From the NCBI RefSeq assembly GCF_022770425.1, contig NZ_JALEHY010000013.1: a DNA stretch of 64,000 bases. The stretch is one strand, 5' to 3'. The notes under the pieces are model-generated. The model saw only the letters and a list, made by a program, of their open reading frames with translations. It was not told the DNA's origin and did no database searches. The translations under genes were made by a program, and so were the position numbers. How positions within the stretch are numbered: the stretch's first letter is position 1; every line of letters begins with the position of its first letter. Origin of the DNA: Parvimonas sp. (GTDB taxonomy: Bacteria; Bacillota; Clostridia; Tissierellales; Peptoniphilaceae). Positions 61,710-64,000 of the stretch are shown piece by piece.

Positions 61710-62525
61710 ATGATTATAAAAGAATTGATTGATAAATTTGGAGATGAAAGTGAAAATTGGCTTATTTTGGAATTTTTGACAAAAAGAAAGATAAATGAAT
61801 TGAAACTAAATTATTTGTTAAATATTGATGATATTTATAATGAATTTTTAGATATTAAACATATGCGGGAAAAGTCTTATCCTCTTCAATATATATTCGG
61901 TAAATGGGAGTTTTACGGGTTGGAATTATTGGTTGATGAGTCAGCACTTATTCCTCGATTTGAAACGGAAATTTTAGTTGATGAAATTTTAAATCTTAAT
62001 TGTAAAAAAGAAAGAATTTTAGATATAGGCTGTGGGAGTGGAGCTATTTCATTAGCGCTTGCAGAAAATTTACAATTTTCAAAGGTTTTTGGAATTGATA
62101 TAAGTGAAAAAGCAGTAGAGTTGTCCAAAAAGAATAAAAAAAAATTAGGTACTAGAAATGTAAAGTTTATACTCAGTGATATGTTTTCGAATCTTGATGA
62201 GAAAAAATTTGATATAATTGTTTCTAATCCTCCATATATTGATAAAGAAGATATGAAAACTTTGGCTAAAGAACTTTCTTTTGAACCGCAAAATGCACTT
62301 TATGGCGGTGAAGATGGGTTATATTTTTATAGAGAGATAATAAAAAAAGCAAATGATTACTTGAACGAATCGGGAATAATTGCTTTTGAAATAGGATATA
62401 ATCAAAATGATGCAGTTTGTGATTTATTAAAAAATGAAAATTTCGATATAATTCTAACTAAAAAAGATTTTTCTGGGTTTGATAGAATTATTATTGCTAA
62501 AAAAGGAGTGATGAGTGTTGATTAG
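61710..62525 (+). CDS. prmC: release-factor glutamine N5-methyltransferase
   Basis: SAM motif LDIGCGSGAI and catalytic NPPY (VSNPPYI). Confidence 0.9.
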   Translation: MIIKELIDKFGDESENWLILEFLTKRKINELKLNYLLNIDDIYNEFLDIKHMREKSYPLQYIFGKWEFYGLELLVDESALIPRFETEILVDEILNLNCKKERILDIGCGSGAISLALAENLQFSKVFGIDISEKAVELSKKNKKKLGTRNVKFILSDMFSNLDEKKFDIIVSNPPYIDKEDMKTLAKELSFEPQNALYGGEDGLYFYREIIKKANDYLNESGIIAFEIGYNQNDAVCDLLKNENFDIILTKKDFSGFDRIIIAKKGVMSVD

Positions 62526-63033
62526 TCTTTTTTTTGTGTTTTTCTTTATAGGAGTTTATAATTTTGGAGGCGGTTATGCAATGGTTCCTCTTATTATTTC
62601 TCTTGTAGTTGATAAATACGGATGGGTTAGCATATCGGAATTTATAAACTTTTTAACGATTTCGCAAATTACTCCGGGACCTATTGCGATAAATTTGGCA
62701 ACATTTGTGGGATACACAGTGGGAAATGGTGTTTTAGGTTCAATTATAACAACATTGGCTGTAGTTTTGCCGAGTTTTATAATAATAACTTTGATAGTTT
62801 TATGTATGAAAAAATTTAAAGATAATGAATATGTTAAAAACTTTTTTATTGGAATAAGACCTGTAGTACTGGGACTTATCGCTACAAGCTGTATATCTGT
62901 TATAGATTCAGATTTTTATACAATATATTCATTTGTAAGTTTTTCGATTATTTTTTATTTGACTACATATAAAAAGCTTCATCCTATAATTGCTATTTTT
63001 CTTACAGGATTTATTGGAATGTGGATAGTTTAG
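62515..63033 (+). CDS. chrA: chromate-transporter (ChrA/CHR) family half-protein
   Basis: Short CHR pattern (GGGYAMVPLI ... TPGPIAINLATF). Confidence 0.8.
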   Translation: MLISLFFVFFFIGVYNFGGGYAMVPLIISLVVDKYGWVSISEFINFLTISQITPGPIAINLATFVGYTVGNGVLGSIITTLAVVLPSFIIITLIVLCMKKFKDNEYVKNFFIGIRPVVLGLIATSCISVIDSDFYTIYSFVSFSIIFYLTTYKKLHPIIAIFLTGFIGMWIV

Positions 63034-63041
63034 GAGGTAGT

Positions 63042-63575
63042 ATGTTATTTAAGTTATTTAAGATATTTTTATATCTAAGCACACTTACAGTTGGTGGCGG
63101 AGCGGCTATGATACCTGTTATAAATAAAGAAGTAGTTGAAAAATATAAACTATTAACAGAAGATGAGTTTTTAGATGCACTTGGAATTGCACAAAGCACA
63201 CCGGGAGTTTTAGGGTGTAATATAAGTATAATAGTGGGTTACAAAATTTATGGAATATTGGGAGCATTAGTTTGTCTTTTTTGTTCCATTTTACCTGCTT
63301 TTTTATCAATATTAATCATTTCAATATATTTTAAAGATATAAGCTCGAATTATTATGTTGAAAAGTTTTTTATTGCTGTAAAACCTGCTTTAATTGCAGT
63401 TTTAGCATCTGCTGTTGTGATATTGGGTAAAAAATCTAAACTTAAATTACCTCATTATTTTGTAAGTTTTATTGTGGTTATCTTAGTAAGTTATTTTAAA
63501 ATCAGTCCGTTTATAGTTATATTTTTAGGTGGTTTAATTTATGTTATTTTTATAAAATTTTTAAGTAAAGAATAG
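63042..63575 (+). CDS. chrA: chromate-transporter (ChrA/CHR) family half-protein, second paralogue
   Basis: GGGAAMIPVI ... TPGVLGCNISII. AGGAGG RBS before ATG 63042. Confidence 0.8.
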   Translation: MLFKLFKIFLYLSTLTVGGGAAMIPVINKEVVEKYKLLTEDEFLDALGIAQSTPGVLGCNISIIVGYKIYGILGALVCLFCSILPAFLSILIISIYFKDISSNYYVEKFFIAVKPALIAVLASAVVILGKKSKLKLPHYFVSFIVVILVSYFKISPFIVIFLGGLIYVIFIKFLSKE

Positions 63576-63707
63576 ATGAAAACTTTTATACTTTCTATAA
63601 ATATGTTATAATTTTATTCTGATACTATATAAATTAGAGTGAGGTTAAGAAAATTTAATTAAAAATACAAAGCAATTTGATTGGAATATGAAAAGGAGAG
63701 GTTTATT

Positions 63708-64000
63708 TTGTTTGATAAATTAGAATTATTAGTTGAAAAATTTCAGGAACTTGAAGGAAAAATAATTGACCCTGAAATAATGAAAGATATGAATATTTGG
63801 CAAAAACTTGCCAAAGAACATTCGGATTTGAAGCCTATAGTTGAAAAATATAAAGAGTATTCAAAAAATAAAAAAGAATTAGAAGAAAATAAAGAAATGT
63901 TAAGAGAAAGTCTTGATGATGATATGAAGGAGCTTGTTAAGGAAGAAATTTCACTTCTTGAAGAGGAAATTGAAAAATCCGAACAAGAACTTAAAATTTT
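63708..64000 (+). CDS. prfA: peptide chain release factor 1, N-terminal part (3' end outside window; not in ORF track)
   Basis: GGAGAGG RBS, TTG start. (M)FDKLELLVEKFQELEGKIIDPEIMKDMNIWQKLAKEHSDLKPIVEKYKEY is a typical RF1 N-terminus. Confidence 0.85.
   Translation, partial: MFDKLELLVEKFQELEGKIIDPEIMKDMNIWQKLAKEHSDLKPIVEKYKEYSKNKKELEENKEMLRESLDDDMKELVKEEISLLEEEIEKSEQELKI

Overview
Very AT-rich (about 30% G+C by eye, not computed), low-GC Firmicute chromosome segment. Gene content looks Clostridia/Tissierellia-like; a Peptoniphilaceae or Parvimonas-type anaerobe is only a guess. About 90% of genes are on the + strand and most are core housekeeping. In order: valS (3' part), hpt, a methyltransferase, an Fe-alcohol dehydrogenase and an HD hydrolase; then an accessory island at about 5.15-10.08 kb; a phnDCEE-type ABC importer plus a 5'-nucleotidase-like phosphoesterase; an ABC exporter; pirin; a 1773-aa cell-envelope S8 protease; a SpoIIAB-like ATPase; floA; csp; hslO; a MATE pump; T-box-leuS; an ECF S-component; a PuuD-like amidotransferase plus an APC permease; a BMP-type ABC transporter; map; the cggR-gap-pgk-tpiA-eno operon; a Na/Pi-PhoU transporter; the trxB-grdE-grdA-grdB-grdC-grdD glycine reductase operon (grdA and grdB have in-frame UGA selenocysteine codons, which the ORF track splits); ahpC; a third UGA-containing gene encoding a UxxC thioredoxin-like protein next to ccdA; a HIT protein; fsa/tal-glpX-rho; and prmC, two chrA half-genes and prfA (5' part). 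The stretch most worth a second look is the island at 5152-10063. It is bounded by 20-bp direct repeats and by two decayed, co-oriented IS481-like transposase remnants. It carries a compact RiPP-like cassette that I cannot assign to any described class: a PqqD-like RRE fused to a ThiF/E1 adenylyltransferase, an unannotated 27-aa peptide gene, a second RRE-like domain fused to an arginase-fold enzyme, an isochorismatase-like hydrolase, and an HExxH membrane protein. The two RRE-fusion genes each carry one in-frame TAA, and the putative 5' extension of the HExxH gene carries a third. This copy may therefore be decaying or needs experimental verification. All calls come from reading motifs by eye. 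No HMM, BLAST or RNA-folding run was possible.
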